Assembly: GCF_009914755.1 (NCBI RefSeq)
Contig: NC_060927.1
Origin: the human T2T-CHM13v2.0 reference genome, Homo sapiens
Direction: 5' to 3' (one strand)
DNA: 64,000 nucleotides
A program made the translations under genes and the position numbers. The notes under the pieces were generated by a model. That model searched no databases, was not told the origin of the DNA, and was given only the letters and a program-made list of their open reading frames with translations. Shown piece after piece: positions 26,641 through 42,239 of the stretch; the stretch's first letter is position 1, and every line of letters begins with the position of its first letter.

Positions 26641-27060
26641 GGCATGGCCCACTGGAAAAACTAAAAGGTCAGTGTGCCTGAAGTATAGAACTTGCCAATG
26701 AGTTTGTAAGGCCATTTAAAGAGCTTGGAAGCTATCCTCAGAGTCATGGGATGAAATTAAAAGATTATTGAGAAATGAGTAATTATCAAGGATAATGTAG
26801 AAGATCATTAAAATTATTCATGGAGCCAAGAATCTGAGTAATTTCCTATGGAAAGAAATAAATTATTGCTTGTTAAGAATCTACTTTTAATCAAGACAAG
26901 CACCACTATAGTAGTCAAGACACATTGCATAGTATTGGGCAGATTTGGGGGTAGCCAGGCCAGATTGGAAATGTAAGGTAAAGTTTCCTCTTCATGAAAA
27001 TTTACCTTTTGATGAATGTGCATTTGAAATAAGAGCTATCTCCATTTTGAGGTTTGTTAA

Positions 27061-27388
<328 letters not shown>

Positions 27389-27859
27389 TCATCTCTTAAA
27401 TTTACAACTAACAATACTCTGATTTCATTGTAGAATTTTATTTCATAGTTTAAATACAGATTAGGACACATTTATTTCATCAAACTTTGCCAACAGTGGT
27501 CAGCTTTGAATTTTTATCTTCTAACTATGTCAACAAAAGTCTTTAAACATTTTCTAGTATCAGCACTTTATATGAAGTGAACAAAAATCACAAAAGCCTA
27601 TGTGATTGGGTAAAATTGTGGATGTGATATCACAATAGACAAACAACCAAACTCTCATTTCTTCCAGCTCCAGGGCAAGAAGTGGGGGAGGTGTAAATCT
27701 CAAAATTACCTTGAAGGACCTATTACATAGCCTAGTCTCTCCAAGGTGTTCAATTTGAGCTCTAGTCTATCAATTCTAATTTTTCCCCAGTTAATCTACT
27801 TTCATGTATATATTTTACAATGCAGCTTTCTAATAATTTCAAGGATTATAACTCAGAAG

Positions 27860-28830
27860 CAACTCTCTCATTTATTGAGGGACTATTCTTTGCAAGGCAA
27901 TGTGGAAGATGTTGGAGGGATACAAAGATTAAATAGGCAATAAGTTCTAGTAGGAAGGTTGATATGCACAACAATCACTGTTATACAAAAAGTAGAAAGT
28001 GGCAAAAGCAGCAAGAAGGGGGTTACTCCGAATGCCACAGGGATTCAGAAGAGCAAGACATTCGAGATGAGTCTTCAGTTATTTCAATTGGTAAAGAAGT
28101 GGTCATGATTTTTGAAACTGGAATTGCAGTGAAGTGGTATAGATCAAGATTTGAGTATGTGGAGAATAGCATTCCATAAATAAAGACAATATAAGATGAA
28201 TCACAGATATAAGAAAGTCCAAACGTAACAATGACTGTGACTAAAGGAGAGGAATAGGAGAAAATGATCCAAAGATAGAGCTAGACAATGTTACAGCTTT
28301 GATGTTAGACAAAATCTAGACTTTATTCTAGATTGCTTTTGTAAGCAGTAGAGAGTTGTTGATGGTTTTGGGGTAAAAGGTTGATGCGATATTATCTATG
28401 CTTTAGCAAATTAGGCTGGCAGGATGTGTAAAATGGGTTTCAGGTAAGCTAGTTAGTGGCAAAGAGACCAGCAGAGAGTCTACTGTCATCATCCAGGAAG
28501 GAACCGGAACTAAGGTGACTAGACAGGAGAGTTTCAGTGACATAGGCATTACTGAAATAGAATCAAAAAATCTTGATAACTAATTGGATATAGAAGGCCA
28601 GGGAAAAGAAGGAGTCAAAGATGATGTCAACATTAAAAGTCTAGTTGATGGGAAAACATGTAAAACAAATGAGAATTGGTGCAGTTATGAGAAGACAAAT
28701 GAGTATAAATTTAAACATATTACATTTTAGGTATCATGAAAATATTCAAATGAAGCTGCCTTGAAGGCACCTAGGAATTTGGACTTGGAGTTTAGGGAGA
28801 AGGCAGGGCTGGGGATTTGAAATCATCTGA
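27860..28830. mobile_element. Degenerate L2 LINE fragments
   Basis: L2-like purine-rich motifs (ggaaaagaaggagtcaaagatgatg, ttggacttggagtttagggagaaggcagggctgg). Confidence 0.55.
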
Positions 28831-28844
28831 AGATTAATAACAGT

Positions 28845-29045
28845 TATTGTTGATTGAAAGCTTAAATTGTACCAAACTCCATGCTAAGCACTTTACATAT
28901 ATTACCTTATAAGCCTCACAGTGAACGTGAAAAATAGGCATTATTATCCTACTGAGACCTAAAGAATGACAGAACTTGCCCAAAGTTTCTCAACTAGTAA
29001 AAAGAATTGGGATTGCAAATCGATCTGTTTAAATCCAGAGTAGTT
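28845..29045 (-). mobile_element. MIR SINE
   Basis: tgctaagcactttacatatatt..attattatcc..aacttgcccaaag. Confidence 0.65.
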
Positions 29046-29303
29046 CTGTGGATGTTAAAGTCAGGAATTAATTACAGAGTAGCTCTACTTGTTCACCTAG
29101 AGTAATGCCTAATGCATAGGAGGGAGTAAGAGGGAGAGGCCACAGCACTCTCCACTCAAAGGCTCAAGGCCTTTCCCTCCCTTTCCTTCCCCCAGGTATC
29201 TTATTTCAAATGCTTGGGAGTTTTAGGTGGAGGGTACAAGGCCTGGGGTAAATGGTTAAGATGACAAATTGGGTACTGCTGCTCTAAATTAGTCCTTGAG
29301 GGC

Positions 29304-29812
29304 TGCATTAGGGTATTCTAGAGGGACAGAACTAATAGGATAGATGTTTAAATAAAGGAGAGTTTAAGTATTGACCCACATGATCACAGGGTGAGGTCCC
29401 ACAATAGGCCGTCTGCAAGCTGAGGAGCAAGGAAGGCAGTCCAAGTCCCAAAACCTTAAAAGTAGGGAAGCCAACAGTGCAGATTTCAGTCGGTGGTCAA
29501 AGGTCCAAGAGCCCCATAGCTGGAGAACTTGGAGTCCAATGTTCAAGGGCAGGAAGCACCCAACACAGGAGAAAGAGGGAAGCCAGAAGACTCAGTCAGT
29601 CTAGTCTTTCCACATTCTTCTGCTTGCTTTTTATTCTGGCTGTCCTGGTAGTTGATTCAATTGTGCCCACCCAGACTGAGGGTGGATGTGCCTCTCCCAG
29701 TCCACTGGCTCCAATGTTAATATCCTTTGGCAATACCCTCAAAGACACACCCAAGAACAATACTTTGCATCCTTCAATTCAATCAAGTTGACACTTAATA
29801 TTAACCATTACA
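29304..29812 (-). mobile_element. MLT2A (ERVL) solo LTR
   Basis: tgcattagggtattctagagggacagaactaatagga..aatcaagttgacacttaatattaaccattaca; TSD agggc/agggt. Confidence 0.9.
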
Positions 29813-30153
29813 AGGGTGTTTTAGCATCAAGTGTTGGAACTCTCTCTAGAATTTTTTAGATAATGTCTTATCTTTCATATCTTTGAATCCTCCTTTGAGT
29901 CCATGGTAACAAGTGCCACTTGGCATCTTGTTAAGTGCTCATGAATAATATCCACCATTACTCAGCAGTGGAACCATGGTGTGGATCCCTGAAATCTACT
30001 TCCACCCTCAGAACTTAAAATGAACCATCCAAATCTAATTGGATTGCATGTTGTAGAGGCTGATTTCAGGAGCCTGCAAACAAGCTGCAGGAATCCAAGT
30101 TCTTCCACTTCCCTCAATGGACCTGAGTCCAATTTTAAACAACATAAAGACAG

Positions 30154-30519
30154 TGCTATGTTTTGAAAGTTTGCCCCTTCCAAAACACATGTCAAAATTC
30201 AATTGCCATTGTAACACTATTAGGAGGTGGGACCTTTGAGAGGTGATTAGGCCATGAGGGCTCCACCCTCATGGGTGGAATTGGTACAGTTTGGCCCACT
30301 CTCACCCTCTTTGCCCTTCTACTCTTCTCTCATGTGAGGAACAGTTTTCCTCTCCTCTGAAGCATGAAGCATGCAAAGTGTTGTCTTGGAATCAGAATTG
30401 CCAAATCTGCTGGCATCTTGGACTTTTCAGCCTCCAGAACCATTAAAAATAAATTTCTATTATTTATAAATTACTCAGTCTCAGGTATTCTGTTATAGAA
30501 TCACAAATGGACTAATAGA
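30154..30519 (+). mobile_element. MST (MaLR) solo LTR
   Basis: ggtgggacctttgagaggtgattaggccatgagggctccaccctcatg..aataaatttctattatttataaattactcagtctcaggtattctgttatag. Confidence 0.88.
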
Positions 30520-31514
30520 AAGGTTTTTGATGCATTTATCTCGATTTACCAATAGCACAATCATTGAAAGGCCAAAAGTTCCACCCCACTGCTGTCCTAC
30601 TTGAAAAAAAGGATTAAAATGTGAGTTTTAAAAGCAAAAATTCTTCCACCTTGAGAGGCTTGTATGGCTAAAAAGCCCATGTAATGAAGCCCTTTCTGTT
30701 TTGAAACAAACCTTTACTGGAAACAGAAGACTTCCCCAATAATGTAACACCAGCCCCAGTTCTAATCCCCATTGGAGTGTAGCCTTGTGGTAAACCCCAA
30801 CAGCTCAGAGTCCCGCATGCCCTAGAGCTGGACCACACAGGGCAAGCAAAGGCTGCCTCCTTCCCGTGCACTGCATTAATGTCCAAATAATAGTACCAAA
30901 CACTTTTTGAGCTCTTATGTTTTCAAAGGTGTTCTAAAAACTTGCACGTATACCTTCTTATTTAACCATCACAAAAACCTATTGAGGCAGATAATATCCC
31001 ATTTTATAGATAATGCTATTATATGTTCATCCTCAGAATTTCTAGCTTGGGTAGAAGTTAACATCAATCACTCATGCATGCCTCCTTCCTTCCTAGTTCT
31101 AACCAAGAGTATGAACACAATGAACTGATAAGCAGACAGGGATAAGAATATTCACTTTCTTTATAGAGGCCTAATGACCTCAAATTACAGGGTCCCTGAA
31201 AGTACCGGATTAGAGAAAATAATTTGGAATTGAAGCCAAAACAAACAAGGCTTCCTATTACATCCTGCCAAATCTGAACCTGAGAACCAGGGGTGCACTG
31301 GATCTGCAGAGCAGACTCTTCATACGCATCTCCAACTATCAGAGGTGGGATGGATTGGGACCTGTCACAAAGAGCCAGTCAACAGAAGAGTGTGGAAAGC
31401 ACAGTAGAGAAATGGCTTTTAGAAGGCAGACACCAAGCCAGGTCTGTTTACTCCACAGCCCACTCTTTCATAATCTGCCTAGGAGAGAGAGAATCCTATT
31501 TCTTGCGTTTAAAC

Positions 31515-31676
31515 ATAGCTTTCAAATATAACTGCCCATTGGAATCACTTGGAAAGGTTTTAAAAATTTCAATGACCCGACCATAGCCCAGGCCAACTAA
31601 ATCAGATTCTCTGGAATGAAAACATTTAAGTTCTCCAGGAAATTCCAATGTGCAGCCTAGGCTAAGAGCCACCACT
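31515..31676. mobile_element. MER5-family (hAT-Charlie) DNA transposon remnant
   Basis: ggaatcacttgga..aaatcagattctctgga..aagttctccaggaaattccaatgtgcagcc. Confidence 0.7.
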
Positions 31677-31711
31677 TTATAGGCTTGGCAACCCCTCACA
31701 ATGCAGCCAGT

Positions 31712-31920
31712 CATAACTAGCAGTTTTTGAGCGACTACTTTATGCTAAGCAATTTACATAATCCTCATCACAACTCTAAGAGACATATGATAATCAAAGC
31801 ATTTCACAGATGGGAAAAGCGGTGTTTGGAAAAAGGCTAAGAGACAAAAGATAGACCTGGGATTACAAAGCTCGCATTCTGTCTCCCAAGCTAAATACTT
31901 AACCACCATATACCATGCTG
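31712..31920 (-). mobile_element. MIR SINE
   Basis: taatcctcatcacaactctaag..catttcacagatgggaaa..cttaaccac. Confidence 0.65.
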
Positions 31921-33087
31921 CTCCTTGTGGATGCCCTGATTCCAGCAATCTCTCCAACCAGATAATACATTCTTCTTTTATATAGAGAAGCAAATAAGGC
32001 TGGGAGATACTACAAGAGTTGACTCCAGTATTCCCTTCTAAAAGAGAGCATAAACTCCTTCCATGGAAGTTAAGCAGGAAGAATAAAGGTTTCCAACAAC
32101 TAACATTTGTAGAGACTTGGAAAATGTGTGGCAGGGTGTTAAAAGATCAATAATTAGAGATGCTTAGAATTATAAAGCAGTTGAAGTCAAACAGCATACT
32201 TTTTTATAGAATCAACTTAGTAGTTCTGAACAGCCATCCTTGATATCTTAAGATTAAGAAAACTGGACAGCACAGTCTATGAAGATAGGGCTAAGGATTG
32301 CGAAGGGAGGTGTCATAGGAAATTATGGGAGCAAGAGAACCAAAGATGTTTGTGAACATACAATGACAATACAAGCTAAGGGGGGAAAGAAACGAACAAA
32401 ATGCGGAAGACTGGGAGGGGCTGAAAGGCTGCAGGGCAGGTGAGGTAAAGCTCACATACTGAGACACTAACACTGGACCAGTAAAGATGACACATTACTT
32501 AGTAACTCAGATATTTTAAAAGGTGTACGGCAGAAAGAAAATTCTCATTTCACATTTCTAAACCTTTGCAAATATACAAAGTAATATAAATTGGATCTTG
32601 CTTTTATAGAAGTTTGCTGAAAGTATGTAAATGTTTATATGTCAAATAATGTATATTTGTATACACGTAATGCTAGTAATAGAAATTCTGGCACTGAAGA
32701 GAATGTAATCACTCTATGGTAACTTCTTCTATAGGGCAAATAATTGTTACTCTTTTTACAATTGAGCATTTTCACATCATGAATTTGCAGGATGATGGCA
32801 TGTAATTTGGCCCCAGGGAAAAATGTATCTTATTACGATGGAGTATAAGAACACCTGATGAGCAGTAGAAAAATAATTTAGATCCGTTTCCTTGTTTATT
32901 CCTCACTTTTCAAGGTATGAATCACTGTTCCCTTTGAGAAGAGTGCTGAAAGGAGGACAAAAGCCTCCACCCATCTGTGCCAGGACACAGCTGCATCAAG
33001 CTTGTGAAATAACAATTTGCATCTTCAGAGCTGCACCCATTAACTGCTCTTTTAGCTGCTAGAGAATTTCAGAAAGTTTTGCAATCA

Positions 33088-33389
<302 letters not shown>

Positions 33390-33932
33390 TCAGCAAAATT
33401 AGGTTAACAGGTTTTCATTTTTGGTGAAAGTTTATATGAAGGCTAAGTATTAAAATGGCCCGATCTATATATGTTATAGTCAATTGAACATGACAGGGTC
33501 TATAGGTTTTAACTGTGCTAGTCTGCAATTTGGTGATGTTTCTGGAATGGAAAAACAAACTAAATTGATATGGTTTGTGGTCATCTCATTCTTCTCAAAT
33601 CATATGACTAAATGAGTTCACCTAGGAGTGATTGTCAACCCTATCCTCTCCCTTAACGCACGTGTGCATGTGCACACACACAACTACAGCAGGTAAAATT
33701 TTAACACATTCCCATTAGATTATAAATTTGAAATCCTAGTGTAATATGATGCAGACAGAAGGCACACTGTTATCTGAATAAATTCTAGAATTCCTTTTTT
33801 GTTGTTGTTGTTGTTGTGCCAAATTGTGTTTTATGGCTATACTTAATAAATTTTGAAATGAGTCTTTTGCTAAAAATCATAGAGGATATTTACCCACATC
33901 ATTTAGTTAGGAGCTATAAAATCAAAGTCTTA

Positions 33933-34294
<362 letters not shown>

Positions 34295-34354
34295 TTACTT
34301 TGGGGGTTGCTTTCAAAGATTAAATAGGGTTCGCCTTGCCACTGATTTTATCTA

Positions 34355-34408
34355 TTAGGTTGATCAAAAATGGCTGAATATCTGCAGTTTCATATGGTTC
34401 AACCTGAT
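34355..34408. mobile_element. MADE2-like mariner MITE remnant
   Basis: ttaggttga..tttcatatggttcaacctga terminal inverted repeats. Confidence 0.6.
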
Positions 34409-35178
34409 TAGAATCAGTTTCACATTTAAATGAACAATACAGCCCTATATATTCCAAAGAAAAAAAGTCTTTGCAGGAAAGATAACCTCAGCTACCCTGC
34501 AACATGCTAAAAATACCAACTACAATGCAGCACCAGGGGTTATGGTGCTAGTAGCTTCCCATGTAACTCTGGGGTATTAAGAGGCAGGGACATTGTTTAA
34601 AATAACTGACCAATACAAAAATGTCATGCTGCCAAAAATTTTCTTATCCCATTCCCAAAGGTGTTTTGTTTGTTCATTTAGCTTTTCTCTTTTCCACCTT
34701 CCACAGAAGGCGCTGAAGGGTAATGAATCTTCAAGAATTAAGATTAGATAGAAACCTGAGTAACCAGTCATTTCACAGGCAATAATTGGCTACAGAGTAA
34801 TGCTGACTTTGTTCTAAGTCAGAAGCTGACTTGGTTATTTACTATAGAACACAAACATCCACAGCCACTAAATGACTTTACTGAAAACTAGCCACATTAA
34901 GTATGACATGTAGAGATAACAAAACTACTTTTGAGAACATGGTTTAAAATTCTGAAAAATAAAAGATAAAGATTTTCTTATTTCTAATAGGGGGAAGGGG
35001 TTCCTACATTTCCCAGAAGATCAAACAAGAGACCCAAACACAGGATGTAACGACAGCCCTGTACAGCAAGATGCACTTTGCACAGACAACCACAGAGATT
35101 GCCTCCACTTCTTTATCCTAAAGTGTTGAGATTTAAATCAATTCAGACACTCTATATACAATTGAGTCTCTTTTCATT

Positions 35179-35190
35179 TTTAATTTTATT
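35179..35190 (-). terminator. CLDND1: CLDND1 main polyadenylation signal (AATAAA immediately followed by ATTAAA)
   Basis: The minus strand reads AATAAAATTAAA about 1.15 kb after the stop, followed by GT-containing sequence; cleavage predicted near 35160. Confidence 0.7.
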
Positions 35191-36342
35191 TTTTAAAAAA
35201 GACATTGAGGTTATGGTAAGAAATTATGAAGTTACATTTTTTTAATCTGTCAATTGCTACAGTAGTGGAATAAATAAATAAGTTTTTTAAAGTTCAATGT
35301 TTATAGACATACTTATAAAAAAATGACTGAATTAGAAGACATTAAATAATGTTGATACACACCAGGAAGGGATTTAGGCAAGGAAAGGCACATCATATTA
35401 CCACAAGAAATAAAGACCATAGTTGGAGGTTAATGGACAGCCAGAACTTTAGATCTTGTGGTAGGTTTCCCAGCTCTGGAGGGTCATTATGGTGAAACGT
35501 TCTTTATAGTACTGGGCTGGAATAAATAAATAGCAGTTGAGGAATTTTACCTTGTAACTGTAATATAATGTAAAAAGAAAGCACACTTTTAATAACCCTG
35601 GTATGTGAAGAGGAAAGAAAAAAAATCCAAAACAATTTGGTGGTACTGAAAATCTTACGGAGAGTTAAAAATAATACTAATCCTCGCCCGGCTGAACTGG
35701 AATTCTTGCAGTTACAAAGTTAAAATTTCAAGTAAACACTGTATTTTTCACTTTTTGTAGACAGACACAGTGCAGATACAAACAGCTGCCATATCTCACC
35801 TCAGATGAAGCTATGTGTCAATGCTTAGGGAAAATGATCTTAGATAATTTCCCAATTTTATAGAGCTTAAATCTTTGAAAACAGCACTAATACTGCTGGT
35901 TGACTGGCTATCTACAACAGCAAAGTGAACATAAAGTTTTGACGATGAGAGGTTTCCCAAAGAAACTAATATAGAGTTTTTAGTTGAACAGATACAGTTA
36001 CTTTAGTTTTACTGAAAAGTCTAACAGACATTAGCACAACTTGTTTTCGGTCACATTCCTACTCCCAATTTTCTTTCATAAATTTGTGTCAAGTCTCTAT
36101 CCATTTCTTTCTGTCTAGACCTAGATTAGTTTATTTGAAAGATGGCATCGCTTAAAGTAAACCACATAAATTTTAGTGGTATTAAGTGTGTATTTAGTGG
36201 TGAATGTGTATAAATAAAATAGATTTTCATAATAAAATGGTATATCCACAAATAAAAATTAAAAACAATTGAGAGGTGGGGAAAATATCAGTATTATTTT
36301 AAAAAAATAAAAATGGCAATTGTAAAGCAGGCAGTTTCTTGC

Positions 36343-36880
<538 letters not shown>

Positions 36881-37163
36881 TTAAAAAGAGAGAAAAGAAA
36901 TGTTACCGTGATTTCAGACCATTTTCCCCGCAATGGCAATTTCTTTCATATTCTAATTAGATCTTTTCTCAAAAAGTGTGAAAGTATTTTAACATTGAGG
37001 CCTCTTTTCTAAAGCACATTATTCAAAAGGATGCTACTCTTGTCCTGATAAAAGTAAAAGGACACTAACAGGTAGTAGCAATTACTGAGGGTTCACTATG
37101 TTCCATGCTATGTTTGTCTACACATTTTCTGTATTAATCCTCCCAACAACCCTAGAAAGTAGG

Positions 37164-37450
37164 TACAGTCAGCCCTCCATATCTGCAGGTTTCACATCCG
37201 CAGATTCAACTAACCAAGGGTTAAAAATATTCAGAAAAAAAAATGATACAAATTTACAAATATATAGTATAACAACTATTTACATAGCATTTATATTGTA
37301 TTGGGTATTATAAGCAATCTAAAGATGATTTAAAGTATACAGGAGGATTGTGTAGGTTATATGCTAATATTATGCCATTTTATATAAGGTACTTTAGCAA
37401 CCTTGGAATTAGCAGGGGGTCCTGAATCCAATCCCCCATAGCTACAGCTG
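37164..37450 (-). mobile_element. MER2 (TcMar-Tigger) inserted into a MIR (MIR halves ~37075-37162 and ~37452-37580)
   Basis: cagtcagccctccatatctgc..gattcaactaacc and gggggtcctgaatccaatccccc termini with TA flanks; the MIR core resumes at attattattaattccattttg..ggaaactgaggc. Confidence 0.8.
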
Positions 37451-38488
37451 TATTATTATTAATTCCATTTTGTAATTAAGGAAACTGAGGCAAGAGTCAT
37501 AAATAACTTGTAAAAATAACACAGTAAGTGGTAGAGCCAGGATTTGATACAAAAATCAGTCTGACTCTACCTACCAACAATATCTAGGTCTTTATATGAT
37601 CTAAAGGCAGTAACAACAAGTAAATTAATGGTAATTATAAATGACCTGTCTTATAGGGCTGTTGAAGAATATATATAAAGCACAAAGCAGAGAATCTAAA
37701 GGTAGTTTTAATTATCATAAATCTCTCATCAACATGGGAAGAAAACCTGATGACCTCACAAAACATGCCATTCCATTTTCCAATAATATTCATTATTAGA
37801 AATGCATTCATATCAATCTTGACTAAACTTTACACCTTTTGGTGCTGGTTTTGCTTTCTGGAACTTCTTATGTGTTTTTCTAACTTACTTTCTTTCAAAC
37901 TCTCCTAGTAATAAACTGCTTGCTACACATTCTCTTTATAAAACTGAATACCTACCTCTTATTCAACCTTTTCTCTTACAACATGGTCATTCTTCTGGGC
38001 AAGTCCCTATAGCCCTGAAAACTGAGGCTCAAATCTGAAGACAGTATTTCATGGGCTGCCTGACCATCAGGGAATAGGTTGTTCCTAATAAATACTTTCA
38101 TCTTTTTTGACATCTACCCTTTTGTTACTATCACCTAAGACTGGATAAACACTTTTGACAGGCCTGACAACTCACTGACTCATTTAGAGCTTGCAGTAAA
38201 CTTTTTTCACATATACTTACCTGAACTCAAGCAGTGGAAAGTGTTTAATTCAAATATAGGAATGTATAAGTTATCTCAACTAAATTTCCTTTTACTAAAT
38301 GGGCCCATTAATAACATCTTTTGAAGGTCTAGATCCCATCATCCAATGAAGTAGTTGGCCCTGTCAACTTCAAATCATTTGAAATTTGGTAAGCATGTAT
38401 CTACCTTCTAAAATATCAACAGAATAGAGTTCACTGGATACTGTTAGAGATTTTATTTCACGTTGGCACAATCTACTAACTCATCTTA

Positions 38489-38710
<222 letters not shown>

Positions 38711-38964
38711 TTATAAACATTTAACAAAAATCTCTTTCAGTAATTATTCTCTGAAGTAAAACAGTAAAGGATGTTTCCAGAGGGGTCAGCAACTTCTCTG
38801 GCCCTGACTGACACACAGGTTTCATAGATGTCCAATGGATGCCACTGGTTCTCAGTGGCAGGCTGAAGACATAGGCACAAGGAAGAAAAATAAAGTGGAA
38901 GCAGTAAAATGAATGGCAGAATAGCTATGTAGAAAGCCTAGGAAGAAGGGGAGGGAACAAAGAC

Positions 38965-39890
38965 TGAAATAAATAGGAATGTTGATCTTCTCATGCAACC
39001 GTGCTTTATCAACCATATTCCCATCTCAGGGAATGCCAAATCCACACTTCCAGTTCCTCAGACCAGAAACTTTAGAGTAATTCTTGTACATTTACACTCC
39101 ATCAGGAAATCCCAGGAATTCTTCCTTCAAACTATGTCCAGAATCCAGCTGCTGCTCAGTGCTACCATTCTGGTGTGAGTCATAATCATCACTTAACCTG
39201 AATTACTTCTATAACCTCCTAACCATAGTCTTCTAGTTTCCACCTTTGTCTGCTGCCTCTGTTCTCACAACAGCCAGGGTGACCAGATCAGGGCTCAGCA
39301 CTGTATCTGGAGTCAACACCAAAGTTCTCATTCTGCCTAGAGTCCTCCAGGATTTGCCCCAGTCCCACTCCCAAAGTAGGTCTTTAACAGCATACCCAAC
39401 TTCCCGTCTCTCCCTCCATTCCAGCCCAGTGGCTTCCTTACTGGTCCTTGAATATTTCAGGCATGCTCCCGCCATAGAGCCTTTGCAGTAGATGTCCTTT
39501 CCAACCTAAATGACTTCCTCCCCATTTACCCATATGGCCAACTCTTTTGTCTAGTCTTTAACTACATTCTTTACTCAAGTGGTGTCTTCTCAATGAGACC
39601 TACTTTAAGTATCCTATTGAAAATCATAACCTATGGCCACCAATATTCCTTTTCCCACATATTTCCAAATCCCTTTTGTGTTCTATTTTGCCATAGCACA
39701 TGTCATCTTTTAACATACTGAATAATTATTTATTCTGTTTATACTGTTATATTCTGTTCACTGCCTGTCATCCTTTATTAGAATGCTAGCTCCCCAGGAG
39801 TAAGGATTTTGTTCTTTCCTGATGTTCTCCCAGCTAAGAGGCCCTGGAACATGGAGACATGCAATAAATTATTTGTTTAATGAATGACTA
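38965..39890 (+). mobile_element. L2 LINE 3' portion
   Basis: ccagaaactttagagtaattcttg..ctccctccattccagcccagtggcttcctta..tagaatgctagctcc..caataaattatttgtttaatgaatga, L2 3' end. Confidence 0.8.
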
Positions 39891-40757
39891 AATGGTAACA
39901 CTCCAATTCCAACTCCAATTTCAATATCAAGTGCTCCTGTAACCTCATAAGTCAAACTGAACATTTTACAATGAATTTTAACCAACTTTCTCTCCTTTCC
40001 TTCCAAATTATCTTTTTTTCCAGATACAGTGACATATTATCATCCTTTTGATATATCATAACTCAAGCCTGTTCTGCTATGATTTGAATACAATGCTTCC
40101 CCACTAAGGGGCCAACAGAAGTAGTCATAAATAAACTGTAAAGTTGTTCCTTACAAAGAGTTCTAAAGCTACCATTTTAATAACTGGAAATCAAAATCTT
40201 TAAGTGTTAAATAAGAATGCCTGTAAAATAAACCTAAAAATCTAGTTTTTGGTTTTTTTTTTTTAACTTCTGTAATACAAATTTCTTAACCTACCAACTC
40301 TGCATCAAGATTGTTGTAAAACAGTCTCATAATTACACAGATTAAATGTAGAGCTGGTCAAATTATATCCTCTAAGACACAGGGGCAAATGATAGATATG
40401 TATTATAATACAGCTAACCCATAAAAGGACAATTTTTTGAGTTGATTTTCGATGGTAGTCCTTTTACTAGTTACCAAATATTTTTAAAAGTCTTTCGATG
40501 TACTTTTCCAACTATTTCTTTATAACATGTGTTAGAGTAATGAAAAGTATTTTAATGAGTGAGTAAATAAGAAAAAAAAAAGCCATTAAGGCTTTCCCAA
40601 GATAAGAAAAGTTCCTCATCCAACCAATATTGATGAGTACCATGGTAATGCAAAGAAGTTGGGGAGAGAAGGCAGTAGAAAGAGAAGATACACGATTTAT
40701 TTCTTTAAGGAGAGAGAGAACCAACAAACCTGCTTACATGTAATTGGGCAATCATTA

Positions 40758-41162
<405 letters not shown>

Positions 41163-41336
41163 TTACGGACAAATAAGAAAGATTATTTTGAATTATTCCA
41201 AATGCACCCTTTACCCAATTCCCCATCCCTTCGTACATATAACCATTAAGAATTTTTTTTAGAAAGCAAGCATGTTTTTAATTAAGCTTAAAACAAAACT
41301 CATTCTCATAAAAGTACTTATTGAATGCTCACATAC

Positions 41337-41380
41337 CCAGGATGCTACGGAGACAGAGGTCTTGTTCTCTAGTCTATCAC
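41337..41380 (-). CDS. CLDND1: CLDND1 44-nt cassette exon (GDRLENKTSVSVASW) of the N-terminally extended 276-aa isoform
   Basis: tagtatgcAG| ... TGG|GTATGT; joins exon 1 ATG GGC G to exon 41126 in frame, giving [28 protein letters not shown]. Confidence 0.8.
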
Positions 41381-41989
41381 CTGCATACTAAAACAGACAA
41401 CACTGAAATGGACATACACATTACAGATACAAACAATAGACATGCCCATGGTCAGCAGTGTACCGTGCACACATTTTAAATTACAGACTGAATTTTTGCA
41501 CGAGCTGCAGAGGATTAAGTGTTCTGGGTTTGAGTGTTAAAAAGGCACAGGAAAAAGAAGCAGTGGAAATTGGCTTCTCCCAGTTTCCTCTGAAGAGGGA
41601 AGCCTCCTAAAACAAAGGTAAGAGTCAGGAGCCATACAGAAAACAGAGTTGAAGATGTTTGTTAACCCCGAGGGAAAGGTTGTTCTAGGTGTATAAAATA
41701 GCAAAGAGAACAATAACATGTAATAATGCTAGATAGCAATCTCTCCCTAATCCATTAAAGCTAAGCCAAGCTTCTTTACGCTGCCAAATGCTTCACTCCT
41801 ATCTACTCTCCCGATTCCTTATACTTCTGAACCTCCTCAACAGAAATCTTGCTCTCTCCCTAAATCCTCAGTGCAACATACGTCCGCAAAAACTAAATGA
41901 TCCCTCCTCAGCCAGACAGAAAACTCTCAACATATCAACACTCCCAAGGCGTGGACAGGGCTCAACGGCAGTAGTAAATGGCCGCGGTA

Positions 41990-42130
41990 AAATGACTCAA
42001 GGCAGATCGCGCTGAGTCAAATACTACACGGCAAGTATACACCGTGACCGCACCAAACACCTTACAAAGGTTCATGAAAACAGACTCGCAAACTGGGGTT
42101 GCTGAGTTTGGAAAATGGGAAGTGACTCAG
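41990..42130. promoter_or_regulatory. AP-1/ARE motif cluster in CLDND1 intron 1
   Basis: TGACTCA 41993-41999, TGAGTCA 42013-42019 (TGACTCAGC on the minus strand), TGACTCA 42123-42129. Confidence 0.55.
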
Positions 42131-42239
42131 GAAAGATAAGAGCAATGACAACGAAAACTCAAAAAGTTGGATTTGTATTTTGATTTTTTAAAAATCCCCC
42201 CTTCATCCTGGTGCTCTCAAATGACCTTAAAGGGTCCCA

